From Andalucia godoyi And28 (lineage: Eukaryota > Protista > Jakobida): 64,000 bases of DNA. Location: positions 359,763 through 423,762 of the forward strand of contig VRVR01000009.1 of NCBI GenBank assembly GCA_009859145.1, given 5' to 3'. The notes beneath the pieces were generated by a model. The model did not search any database and had not been told where the DNA came from. It saw only the letters and a list, made by a program, of their open reading frames with translations. Positions 10,802 to 21,217 of this stretch are shown in pieces (position 1 is the first letter of the stretch; every line of letters begins with the position of its first letter). The translations under genes and the position numbers were made by a program.

Positions 10802-12418
10802 TCAGAGTCCCTGGGATTGCTTCCACTTTGCGATTTCTGAGGAAACTTCAGTCCGAATGACGGCATCCGCAATCACGTTGAAGGAGATTGAAGGAAGTTC
10901 GTTCACGGCGGTTGCTGGAACACCCACAAAATGCTTGCTGCCGTCCCATGACAGGCTGATTTTCCCGTACGAAGGCCAGTCTCTGATCAGATGGTGACCG
11001 ATCCCGACGAACGGAATGATGTTCCAGGCGGCAAATGATTTCAGCTGGGAAACAACGCGGTCAACATATGCATTCACTTCGTTCTCTGACTGCTTCATTC
11101 TCTGATTCATCTGTCCGTTGAACAACTGCTCCTGCTTCTGGAAGCTCTCGATGAATTGAAGGAGGCAGGCCTTGTCTTTCTGCAGGCTCTGCGTCTCGGC
11201 GTGCTGCGTGGAAATGACCGTTTTCTTCTCCTGCAATTTCTCCTTCAGAGAGCGTTCAGAATCTTCCAGCTTTCGCTTTGCGCTCTCCAGCTTGCCAACA
11301 TCCGCTTGCAGCTGTTCCTTTTCCCGCATCAGCATCTCACCCACGCCACGCAGCCGTGCCACCTCAGCTCGCTGTCTTTCCAGCTCGTCTGTTTGGCGTG
11401 CCGATGTGGATTCGCCGTCCATGAGCTGCTGTGCCAGACGACGGACTTCCTGCTCCAGGCGCTGAATGGTTTCCCGAAGCGACGCTTGTCGCTCCACGGC
11501 GACACTGCACTCAACTTGCCTCTCATGAATTTGCGAGTGGAGATCGCGATTTTCTTCCTCCAGTGCCTCGTGAGCGCTTTGCAGGGTTCTCAAGGCTGCA
11601 TCGCAATGGCGTAGATCCTTTTCGAGCCCATCTGCCGTTTTTTGCAGAACGCGTTTCTCCGCAGAATACTTGTGGACCGTCAAGGATAAGCTGTCGCACT
11701 CCTCACGCTTCTTTTCCAGTTGTGTGTTGAGCTCCCGCACCATTTCAAACCTTGTCGAGAGGAGCAGGTTGTCGTGGCATGCAGTCTTGAAGCTACTCTG
11801 CATTGTCCGGAATGCACTATCAAAGACATGGTGGTTCTTTTTCACGTACTCCTGGGCCCGCGCGTCGTCATCCAAGATGTTGGCTTCTGGAAGAGTTTCG
11901 ACAAAGAACGATGCGACGAGATTCTCAGCCAGAACTCCAGGATTTGCACCGATTCGGACCCGCAAGTCTTCGAGATGCTTTGGCACGTTGAGTCCTTGAT
12001 CAAACCGCAGAAAGACAATGATTGGCATGTCTGGATTGAGGGCCGCCAAGGTTCGGGCGATGAGGGCATCTTCTGGGTCGATGCGAGGAACCCCGGACAT
12101 GAACCATATGCATCCATGGTAGGTTTCCGAAAGCTGCGCAATCTCTCGGATGGAGGCATCGGATTTTGAGCCGGCGAACCCTGGAATGGACACGAAAATG
12201 TTTCCTTCGATTGATCCTCTGGCGGTTGCGTGAGCCGGGTCGTGTGCTTCGTGATCCGTACAGGGTAGCTCCATCAATCCGCAACAAGAGCGGATGAACA
12301 ATGACTTTCCGAGACCCTCCTTTCCAACCACGAGAATCCGAAGACCAGAGAGAGGCTGCAGCAGGCCTTGCAGCTGGACATTGTTCCTAGAAAAAACTCG
12401 TTCCAATGACGATAGCAT
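10802..12418 (-). CDS. P-loop GTPase-like domain (TRAFAC; AIG1/septin-like) followed by a long coiled coil
   Basis: G1 is ILVVGKEGLGKSLFI and the G3 region is VSIPGF (Asp replaced by Ser), followed by a heptad-rich E/K/Q/L region. The likely start is MLSSLER at 12418, because the upstream in-frame part is low-complexity UTR-like sequence. Confidence 0.65.
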   Translation of the reverse strand: MLSSLERVFSRNNVQLQGLLQPLSGLRILVVGKEGLGKSLFIRSCCGLMELPCTDHEAHDPAHATARGSIEGNIFVSIPGFAGSKSDASIREIAQLSETYHGCIWFMSGVPRIDPEDALIARTLAALNPDMPIIVFLRFDQGLNVPKHLEDLRVRIGANPGVLAENLVASFFVETLPEANILDDDARAQEYVKKNHHVFDSAFRTMQSSFKTACHDNLLLSTRFEMVRELNTQLEKKREECDSLSLTVHKYSAEKRVLQKTADGLEKDLRHCDAALRTLQSAHEALEEENRDLHSQIHERQVECSVAVERQASLRETIQRLEQEVRRLAQQLMDGESTSARQTDELERQRAEVARLRGVGEMLMREKEQLQADVGKLESAKRKLEDSERSLKEKLQEKKTVISTQHAETQSLQKDKACLLQFIESFQKQEQLFNGQMNQRMKQSENEVNAYVDRVVSQLKSFAAWNIIPFVGIGHHLIRDWPSYGKISLSWDGSKHFVGVPATAVNELPSISFNVIADAVIRTEVSSEIAKWKQSQGL

Positions 12419-12772
12419 GAGACGTCGTTGTGCGCTTCGCGACGAACAAAAAGTGCACAGCCCAACCAAACAAAAAACAAAAATCAATGTCGGGATTTTC
12501 TTCCGGTCTTGGCGAATTTTCGAAACAAGCGAAAAGCCCCGAATATCCATAAAAGGAAAAATCGGAACGCGGATCGCGGACCCCGGAGGGTCAAATTTTG
12601 TACTTTTATACCCTGCAACCTCTGAGTTTCCCCCCTTTCCTTTCCTTTTTTTCTTTTTTTTCTTCATCTTTTTTTCTTCCCTTCATATCCATCGTCTCCA
12701 TTGTCTTCTTCCTTCATTCTCAACAACCAACTTGATTTTCGTTTGCACCCCCAAACTCCAGATACAAGCGGC

Positions 12773-15700
12773 ATGTTGCGGCCGTACACGAAGCCTTTTG
12801 GAACGTTTGGTCCCGTGGATACGGGCCAGCACCGCACGCGGCAGTTTTCCGTCTCTGACAGTGCTGCCACTCGCGCCGCCCTGAAAAGCGAATGGATCCG
12901 AAAAGGAACTGGCTCGTCTTTCCTGCGCGAGGTTCCTGATACTCAACGCATCCAAAAATTCCTCGACGATTCTCACAAGCGACTTCACAAACAGTGCCAG
13001 GAAACCGTCACAACGTGGTGTCCGGAACCGTACGTTCCGCTGCAGTCTCCACCGGCGGCTGGAGGGCGCATTAAGAGGCTGTCAGAGGTCCCCTTGCCGC
13101 CTACCAACAAGGACTTGCCGCAGCTGAGCGACGTTGAATTCTGCCGAGTCATACAGAGCCTCCTGGAATCTGGACGTCCAAAGGAATTGATCGAATGCAT
13201 GAAAGAAATTGACGCCTTCGCACTGCGCGGAGCCTTGGGTGTCGATCCCACGCACTTTGAGCAGGATATGAAAATTGTCGGTCGTGTCCAGTGTGCGCTT
13301 GCCCGATTTGGTGACCTAATGCATCTGAAGAAAATGGACTTGGATCACTGGATCGTGGTTTGCGGCTTTGAATCGAGCGGAAAGACAACGCTGCTGTCTG
13401 CGTTGCTCGGGTTTCCGGCTGGCGTTACGTGTGCGAACACAGCCACACGATGCCCGATCATGTTTTATCTGTCGGTGGACGAGAAATGCCAGGAAACGAT
13501 GTTCCGAATCCATCACTGGGAAGGCAACTTCCAGGATCCCAACTGCGCGATGTCCAGAGAAGGCACGTGGACGCCGATCGCAAAATTGCTGGACGAGCTT
13601 CAACGTCACACAGAGAATGTGAGAAAGGAGTGCACCCCAAAGGATGAAGGGCTCACCGTGCGGTCCCTCAAAGTGGAGATCAAGTCCCACTATCTTCCTT
13701 TCACCGGAGTCGTCGTCGATACTCCAGGGCTGAAAATTGCTGGTGGTGGAAACGGCAAGAATGCAGCGAACACGGAAATGTTCCTCAATGCATTCAATGA
13801 CCAGATCACGTCCATCATCCAGACATACATCCAGGACCGCGTTGCTCGCGACAAGAACTCTGTCACCATCATCTCCGTAACCAATGGATCGCAGCCGAAT
13901 GCTGAAAACTTCTACACCGGACGTCTTCGAAAACTTGTTCCCAACATCGACGACCGAGTCGTCGAAGTGTTCACTCGGCTGGACACTGGTCTTTCTCTGC
14001 GGCCCCTTGCCGCGCCCAACAACCAGAACGGCAGTGCGTTCGCAACTCTGCAAGAGCAGGAGTTCGTGCTATTTGACGTCAACGATGCGCAGGAATTCGA
14101 TCGAATTCTTCTCAACATGTTTGGCGCTGCAATGACGACGATCCGCGATGCGGCTCGCTTTACGCCGCACTGTGTGTACGAGCGAAAGGCTCCGGTGTGC
14201 CTTCGTGGAGTGGAGAAACTGTGCAAGGATTTCTCCCACATGAGCCACAAGCAATTCTGTGACAAGATGGACAAGGTTGTTTGCCACCATTGCACGGAAC
14301 TAGCTTCCATGACCAAAGGCTTGCTCCATCGTGACATGCTGCCTAATTTTGCCGAGATCATGAGGCTGTTCAGCGCCGGCGAACAGAAATTCGATGTGGA
14401 CGAATTCTTCTCTTTTGCGCGGCTCCCATGGATGCTGCTTCGGGATATGGTGCATTCAACAGTTGCAACCATCCAGCGCGCGTTTCCGAATGGCGTGAAG
14501 GAATACGTGCTGCAGCTGATTGACGAGCGTGGGATGAAGATCGGAGCGCAGGTTGCCCAGAATGAGAATCGCAGCCTCCACACCCGCTTCCAAAATCTGA
14601 GCACCGCGCTTGTCGAAATTGTCCGTGCTGCACTTTGCAGCAGCTCGCAGATTGTGAACGAGGTGCCCACGATTCTAGTACTGGATCTGCTCTCCGGCTG
14701 CCCGGTCTTCAACGACGTGTGGAAGGTATTTCCGCTGCAGATGCACGTCGACAATGACCTGCGCTGCAGTTCTCAGCCAGATACGCGGACACTGGAGCAC
14801 TGTCTTTCCGTTGCGAATCTGCAGCTCACCCTGCCAGAAGGCGACAAAGGAGCGTTCTTCAACGTCGATCATCCTGAGGATCATGTCTTGCGGTATGCCA
14901 ACTCGTGGCAGCTGATGATGTGGATTGTGGATCGCTGCCTGGAATATTTTGCGCGCTGCACCCTGGAGATCGCCCACGGGAGAGAGAGGGTGTTTGCTGG
15001 AAACCTTGGGCTGATTCCGATGCAAACGCATGGATTCATGGTTGCGGCTGCAGTCCGCGGTGCAGCCTCCAAGAGCATGTCCGTGGTCTACGACGTGCTG
15101 CTGGTGTACATGCGTGTCGCTCTGATTCAGGTGGTGAACGAACTGTGCAACATATCCACGTTTCTCGGGAGAATCACGGTGAAAAGCGCGGAAATGTCGG
15201 ACGCATCTTTCCTTTCCGTCTTGTGGTGGCGCCTCCGCATGTCTTTGATTCACGCAATCGATGACATCTTCCGAGACCTCCACAAGTATGTACGCTCATG
15301 GACGTTTGATGACGTGCGCGAGGAGCAGGCTCGACGAAGAAAGCAGGGCGAGGTAGCCGAGGCCTTGCGCCAATACGCGGACGTTGCGCTACAGGCCGGA
15401 GGCTTGGGCGGCGTTCCAGATGCGCCACCTGCGTGCCCACCCACGTCGTGTGTCGGCGGGGCGGACACCGGTATGTCAGCCATGCACTCCGGCCCGTTGC
15501 AGGGAAATGCTGTTTGGGATGTCATCCTGCGATGCATCACTGGACTCACGAATGCATGCAACGAAGAGCTGTGGACGAAGCAACTTGCAGAGATGTTCAA
15601 AATCACGCTTCGGCAGGCACAACTGCAGATTCACGAGCATTTTGGGCACACGATTCGGTCAAGGCTGCATGATGTGTTTCTCGCGGACCCGTTTCAAAAT

Positions 15701-15976
15701 CTCGGAGGTGACAGGTGTCAGAGATCTGTTGCTCATCTCAATTACATGTACGCCAAGTTCGACATTGTGCGGCATCGGTACGTGGATCCTTTCGCAGCAT
15801 CACACAAGCCTTTGAGTGCAAATTCGGAAGAGAATCAAGAAGTGTTTCAATTCGGACCTTATGGCGATGATCTGGAAGAGTTTCTGCGATCCGTCATCCC
15901 GTCAAGCCTGGACGGCCTAATCCTCGATGAATGTGCTGACCAGCTCGCAGAAGCCACCGTGATGTTTGCCGGATGA
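12773..15976 (+). CDS. Dynamin-superfamily GTPase (divergent)
   Basis: G1 IVVCGFESSGKTTLLSALLG, G2 TATRCP, G3 VVDTPG and G4-like VFTRLD, followed by a long helical stalk. Confidence 0.85.
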   Translation: MLRPYTKPFGTFGPVDTGQHRTRQFSVSDSAATRAALKSEWIRKGTGSSFLREVPDTQRIQKFLDDSHKRLHKQCQETVTTWCPEPYVPLQSPPAAGGRIKRLSEVPLPPTNKDLPQLSDVEFCRVIQSLLESGRPKELIECMKEIDAFALRGALGVDPTHFEQDMKIVGRVQCALARFGDLMHLKKMDLDHWIVVCGFESSGKTTLLSALLGFPAGVTCANTATRCPIMFYLSVDEKCQETMFRIHHWEGNFQDPNCAMSREGTWTPIAKLLDELQRHTENVRKECTPKDEGLTVRSLKVEIKSHYLPFTGVVVDTPGLKIAGGGNGKNAANTEMFLNAFNDQITSIIQTYIQDRVARDKNSVTIISVTNGSQPNAENFYTGRLRKLVPNIDDRVVEVFTRLDTGLSLRPLAAPNNQNGSAFATLQEQEFVLFDVNDAQEFDRILLNMFGAAMTTIRDAARFTPHCVYERKAPVCLRGVEKLCKDFSHMSHKQFCDKMDKVVCHHCTELASMTKGLLHRDMLPNFAEIMRLFSAGEQKFDVDEFFSFARLPWMLLRDMVHSTVATIQRAFPNGVKEYVLQLIDERGMKIGAQVAQNENRSLHTRFQNLSTALVEIVRAALCSSSQIVNEVPTILVLDLLSGCPVFNDVWKVFPLQMHVDNDLRCSSQPDTRTLEHCLSVANLQLTLPEGDKGAFFNVDHPEDHVLRYANSWQLMMWIVDRCLEYFARCTLEIAHGRERVFAGNLGLIPMQTHGFMVAAAVRGAASKSMSVVYDVLLVYMRVALIQVVNELCNISTFLGRITVKSAEMSDASFLSVLWWRLRMSLIHAIDDIFRDLHKYVRSWTFDDVREEQARRRKQGEVAEALRQYADVALQAGGLGGVPDAPPACPPTSCVGGADTGMSAMHSGPLQGNAVWDVILRCITGLTNACNEELWTKQLAEMFKITLRQAQLQIHEHFGHTIRSRLHDVFLADPFQNLGGDRCQRSVAHLNYMYAKFDIVRHRYVDPFAASHKPLSANSEENQEVFQFGPYGDDLEEFLRSVIPSSLDGLILDECADQLAEATVMFAG

Positions 15977-16274
15977 AGTCATCGAGGTGGCGTTTCGGTG
16001 CCGAATCTGATGTAACCACTTTATGTGCGTGTCCTGTCTTTTCTTCGATAAAAAGTGTCTATGGATGTTCCTTTCCCCACCCTTAAGTAATCAGTAGAAG
16101 GTCCGGCGATGAACTCCAAGTCCTCAAGCAGCTGCGTTTTTTTGTGGTTTTGCGCCATTTTCATCTGCAGCAGCAACGAACGCCTAGCAAAAAGTCGGGT
16201 GCAAAAAGTTGGTTGTCCTTGCAGGTTCTGAAGCCACCGAAAAAAGTGCCCTTCCAGTCAGCGACTGAATCACT

Positions 16275-17884
16275 ATGGATCAGAGTCTTCTTGCGTCAAA
16301 TTCAAGCCAGGATTCCAGCCGTTCCAAGTCCACTCGTCGTCGTTTCTTTCTTGGACTGCTCTTGTTTGTTGTGGTGGTTGCGGGAGTTCTGGCGATCGTT
16401 CTTGGTGTTGTGTTGTCCTCAAGGCGATCCAGCTCGGAATCATCGAACGCTACTCCTTCTGGATTCTTTCTTCAGCTCTCTGATCTTCATATTGACCCAT
16501 TGTACGATCCTCGCTGTGATGCAACGACAAGGTGCCGACGAACAGCCGTATCTGCGAACTGCGGACCGAGTGTCCCATATGCTCCTTATGGACGATTTGG
16601 CTGCGATTCACCCTTGTTTTTATTAGCTGAGGCACTCGCACAAGCGAAGCTGGTCCTCCCGAACCCAAGTTTTATTCTGCTGTATGTTTCCCCCCTGATG
16701 CTCTCTCTCTCTCTCTCTCTCTCTTCAAACGATCTTTTTGAAGTGCTCGCTAACTAAAAGAGTCGCCAATTGAATTACGTAGTACTGGGGATTTCGGGGC
16801 ACACGGTCTTCCCAATGCATCGATCACTCTCCAGGCCATTCGTATGACGGCAGCGTTGATTGTGTCGTATTTTCCAACCACTCCCGTGTTTCCTGTTCTT
16901 GGAAACAACGATGTCGTTCCAGATTACTGCCTTTCATGCGGTCCAAATCCATGGCTTGCAGACTTGTGGTCTGTCTTCAGCCAGTGGCTTCCTGACAGTG
17001 CAAAAACAGCATTTCTGGCAGGCGGTTACTACAGCGCCATCGCGCCTTCCGGAATGCGTGTCATCGGCTTGAATACGTTGTATTTTTCAAAGTTCCAACG
17101 CTCATCTGGATGCGACGAGGACGCAGATTTTGCCCGGATATCGAATGAACGTACGACTCGACGATCCATTGCGGAGAAACTGTTGGACGCGCAACATAGA
17201 GAGTGGGCTCTCGGCAACGCAGAGGTACCGTGTGGACAAGATGCTTTTTTGACTGCTGAATTGCAAGCAGCGGAAAGTTCGGGTCAGCGAGTTCTGATAT
17301 CCGGACACATTCCTCCCGGAGTTGAAGCATTCGACAACGATTTCATGTGGAACGCTTCGCATGTTGCCTTTTTTGCGAGTACCATAGCATCGCCGATGTC
17401 GCAGTCGACGATCGCGTCCCAGCATTTTGCACACTATCACCGCGACGATTTTCGCTTGTTTTACAATGTCACTGCACCAAGTGAATCAACCGGTCCATAT
17501 GGATCCGCACTTCTGGCGCCATCGTTGTCGCCCATATACCAGAACAATCCCACGTTTCGTGTGTTTGAATTTGACACGAATTCTGCGCAGCTGCTGAACG
17601 TAGAGAGCCACTACATGTTGCTCGAGGCGTCTAACGCTGCGGCAGCTCCTTTCTGGTCGAAGCTGTACGACGCACGGTCCGCATACGGCTTGTCGGATTT
17701 GAGTACAAGGTCTCTAGTGAGTTTGCGAGACCAGCTGCGAACGAATTTGGGTACAGCAATGCAGTGGGCTGATCGTCGCCAGTCCAATTATTTGCCCGAT
17801 CGTCATGCTTTGATTTGCGCAATTGACACTTTATCCGAAAGCGTCTACACTGCATGTTTGAGAAATGCAACGACGTTTTTATGA
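16275..17884 (+). CDS. Acid sphingomyelinase-like metallophosphoesterase (SMPDL3-like) with an N-terminal TM anchor; 2 exons (16275-16681, 16783-17884)
   Basis: Motifs LSDLHIDP, YGRFGCDSP, FILL|TGDFGAH (restored by splicing), LGNND, SGHIPPG and FAHYHRD. The spliced CDS is 1509 nt (502 aa). Confidence 0.9.
16682..16782 (+). other. Spliceosomal intron (101 nt) containing a (CT)n tract
   Basis: GTATGT donor, GCTAAC branch point and TAG acceptor. Removing it restores the TGD metallophosphoesterase motif. Confidence 0.9.
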
Positions 17885-18326
17885 TGTGTTCGAGTCCCCA
17901 GCACAGTGTCGGAAGTGCTGAGGACGAGCGATTGAACCATGTTGTCCATGGATTCTTTTGGGCGTGTTTCCGTATTTTGTTAGGTTGTTTATTTTGTTTT
18001 GAGAAGTAAAATTGCCAATGACGAGTCTTCTTTGATCAAAAACGCGAACTGCAAGTCTGCGCATGAAAGGAAACATCCCGCCGGCGAGCGTGCTGCGGAA
18101 AGGAAAGATCCTTGTCGAATGTCGACGTGGACCGCTACGGATCGTCGGGTGTAAGCAAAGCCAGGTTCTCCGCAAGTCGGACAGTCTTCCGGTAGCCATC
18201 AGCGCTTTGTCCCGTTTTTTGCTGGGAGACCCATCTTCGTTTTTCTTCTGTCCATATAACCTCCCCTTTTATTCGTTCGCGTCGCCTTTTCCTACCAAAA
18301 AAGAATAATAATAAAAAAATAAAAAA

Positions 18327-20774
18327 ATGAGCGCTGTCGCGTCTGTTGATCCATTTCTGATATGTGCCCCTCATGAACCTGAGTCTCGTGGACTTTCGCT
18401 TCAACAAGGCGTTTCGTCCAGAGTATACTTTGCTGTACTGCGAGGCATGTCCGTTGCAGTTAAACTTTTCTTACCGCGGAATGGAGGACTGGACAACCGA
18501 GAGCTTGGCTTTTTCCGAAAGGAAATGCATGTCTTGCTCTCTTGTCGCCATCCGCATATCGTGTCTATTGTAGGTGTCTCGGATCCTATGCTGAACAGTA
18601 ACCAGTACGGCTCGGCATCGAACGAAAAAGACCGCGTGGTTTGGTATGCGATGGAAGCGTTGGACTGCAGTCTTGGTTCGTTTTTACGAGATTACATTGG
18701 CGACTCGAAAAGTCGAACGCGTGCGGCGTCTGTGGAATTTGCGTACACTGTGACGAAGACGGCAGCAGCCCATGTGATTTCCGGGATTCGTTATTTGCAC
18801 GGAAAGGGAATAAGCCATGGAGACGTGCAAGTGACGAATGTTTTGGTGTCGGTTGGAAACGCTCATTTTGCAGCCAGGCATGGTGCCGTACTTCCGATTG
18901 GGAATGCTGGCCATGGTCTCGTTTTCAAACTGTGTGATGTGAGCTATGTGGACGGAGAGGATCAATGTGAACGTGACCTGAAAGGATATTCGAAAATTCT
19001 CTCTTCGATGCTTCTGCTTACTCCGAATCGCAGCTTGATTTGGTTGGAGCAGATCGCCGATCTTTTTGGTCGGCCTGTGAGTCCGATGACGGTTGTCTAT
19101 TGCGACTGGCTGATTCAGTGTGAAGCGCCAATGAAGTGCCTCTTGTCCAAGGATTTGATCTCGCCGTGCTACTCGTGTGGTGCTTTTCAGGTGCCTGCGC
19201 TTCTTGCAGAGAGGTTTTCTTACTTGGACGACGGTGGTCGCGTTCGTCCAGTGAACGAGTATGTCGATCTGCAATGGGCAATCCCCCCTCGTCAATTTTC
19301 ATCCTGGAGGTCAGAGTTTCAAGAGTGTCTTGGTCCATTGGTGGAGAAGGAGTTGCTTGCTGTTGTTGCAAGTCGCCCAGACGATAAGGAGGTTCCGTTG
19401 GACAGGTCTTTTCAGGTCCAGGAAAGTGTGGAGCACCTGTGGCATGTTCTTCCGAGCCCGGTCTTTGCGGAGGAATACAAGTCACGTGTGGAGTACTGGG
19501 TTGAGAAAACCGACCCGTCTGTCAAACCGCAAGTATACTTCAACGAGTTTACGCTGGCTTTGAAAGGGTATTCGAAGCAGCGATCTGCGGAAGGACAGTA
19601 TTGCAAGACGACGTTGCTCATGGGTGCCAATACATATGTGCATCAAAAATCTGTGTCCGACCTTTGGAAAATCAATGGCTACAAAACGGTGTTGGTAGGG
19701 AAAGATGAATATACGGACATTCGTCAGGTGCATCCTAGATGGAGTACGTCTTTTGGAATCCAAATCGCAATCATCAGTTCAGACGGCTACTACCTGCTTC
19801 GTCGGCGTGGCCACCTGAGTCAAGTAAGTACGTCTCCTCGCGTCTGGACCTGCCCGGTTGTGGAAGGCTTCAATCTCAAAGATATTGGGAGAGAATCCAA
19901 GATGACGCTCTTGGACGTTTGTAGACGTGCATTGAAAGAAGAGGCGAATATACTCGATCTGCCTGACAGCATGTTTCCTCTGTTTTATGTTGGCGGTCTG
20001 TTTTTGAAACTCGATACGGGGGAATGGGGATGCTACGGAGTTCTGGATTTGAGAAAACTCGGTCCACAGTGTTTAGAATGGAATGCAAGTTCCTTGGCCG
20101 CGAAATTCTGTTACGCACAAGATGCATCGGAATTTGGCGTAGACTGCCATCGGATACCAGTGTCGCAGGATGAACTGGCAAGATATCTCGTTCAGAATGA
20201 GGCGTCACTGGCCTCGTCGACCTTGCTGACGACCTTAGAGTTCTTGATCGCCGAATTTGGAGAGACCTCCATGAATTCTGTTTTCCAGCGGGAACATAGT
20301 GCGAACCGTAATCGCTTGGAAGAGTCATTGAACGAAGGACGCTACGCTGAAGGTCCGGCAATGCAACGGAATGCAACTGTTACCGTCGAGCGCTGTGTTA
20401 GTTCACTGCAAGAGGGTCCGCAGTTCTCGGCTTCGACCAGTCGCTTGGAATTGATTTTGCGCAGGACCGAGGCTGTTGTCCTCAGTGGCGCTGCTCGCAT
20501 TTCCAATCTCTTCTACGACCCGTCCGAGTCGTCGTTCCGACAAATTCTTTCTTTTTGGCTGTTCGTTGAGACTTCATTTGGTTCAGAACTTGCATCGTTG
20601 TGGACTGCGCGGAGAGCGAGCGCAAGTCTTCCACAAGATCCTGACATTTTGTCTTGCTTCTTCTACTGTGCTTCTGCTCCAGCCACTCGTGCGTTCTACA
20701 ACGAATGGGTGTCTAGAACATTCGACCATATGAAAGAGCCGCAGTCTCTCGCGGGTGCTCCGAGTCTCTCATGA
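18327..20774 (+). CDS. Atypical protein kinase fused to a Nudix-like domain
   Basis: Kinase motifs are QGVSSRVY, VAVK, HPHIV and HGDVQVTNVLV, with DFG replaced by DVS. The C-terminal half has STSFGIQIAIISSDGYYLLRRR...WTCPVVEG...RRALKEEANI, a Nudix-type variant box. Confidence 0.7.
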   Translation: MSAVASVDPFLICAPHEPESRGLSLQQGVSSRVYFAVLRGMSVAVKLFLPRNGGLDNRELGFFRKEMHVLLSCRHPHIVSIVGVSDPMLNSNQYGSASNEKDRVVWYAMEALDCSLGSFLRDYIGDSKSRTRAASVEFAYTVTKTAAAHVISGIRYLHGKGISHGDVQVTNVLVSVGNAHFAARHGAVLPIGNAGHGLVFKLCDVSYVDGEDQCERDLKGYSKILSSMLLLTPNRSLIWLEQIADLFGRPVSPMTVVYCDWLIQCEAPMKCLLSKDLISPCYSCGAFQVPALLAERFSYLDDGGRVRPVNEYVDLQWAIPPRQFSSWRSEFQECLGPLVEKELLAVVASRPDDKEVPLDRSFQVQESVEHLWHVLPSPVFAEEYKSRVEYWVEKTDPSVKPQVYFNEFTLALKGYSKQRSAEGQYCKTTLLMGANTYVHQKSVSDLWKINGYKTVLVGKDEYTDIRQVHPRWSTSFGIQIAIISSDGYYLLRRRGHLSQVSTSPRVWTCPVVEGFNLKDIGRESKMTLLDVCRRALKEEANILDLPDSMFPLFYVGGLFLKLDTGEWGCYGVLDLRKLGPQCLEWNASSLAAKFCYAQDASEFGVDCHRIPVSQDELARYLVQNEASLASSTLLTTLEFLIAEFGETSMNSVFQREHSANRNRLEESLNEGRYAEGPAMQRNATVTVERCVSSLQEGPQFSASTSRLELILRRTEAVVLSGAARISNLFYDPSESSFRQILSFWLFVETSFGSELASLWTARRASASLPQDPDILSCFFYCASAPATRAFYNEWVSRTFDHMKEPQSLAGAPSLS

Positions 20775-21175
20775 CAGCCTTGCTGCTACCAACGGAGCGA
20801 GACTCCATTTCACAAACCGACTTGCTTCAACGAGTTTTGAAAGGGCTGCGTCTTCTGGATCCTCCGTTCAGTGTTCGATGGAGACTTGCAGAGGCGTTTT
20901 CTTATCTTTCGAACGGAATTTTGCAGCCAGTGGACATACTGTTGTTTGTCTCCAATGACCGCCTTTCGTCTGGTACCCAATTTCCGTTCACCAACGTGCC
21001 CGCGCTTGTTTCGGCATGTGCAAAGGCTGTTGGATGCTTGTCAATTGCACTCTGCAATGCTTCTGAAGAACAGTCTGCGTCGTTCGAGCTGGTCTTGCAA
21101 GCCAACTCCGGTCCGAAAACGTTCCGTTTGGAAGTGGAGAAACATACAGAAGCTGTACACCTTTATTGCCGGTAG
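20771..21175 (+). CDS. Hypothetical protein (134 aa) overlapping the upstream stop codon (ATGA)
   Basis: ORF with plausible globular composition and no recognisable motif. Confidence 0.35.
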   Translation: MTALLLPTERDSISQTDLLQRVLKGLRLLDPPFSVRWRLAEAFSYLSNGILQPVDILLFVSNDRLSSGTQFPFTNVPALVSACAKAVGCLSIALCNASEEQSASFELVLQANSGPKTFRLEVEKHTEAVHLYCR

Positions 21176-21217
21176 CAAAGAGCCGGGATGGCGAGCTCGT
21201 GACGTGTCTTCTGATGA

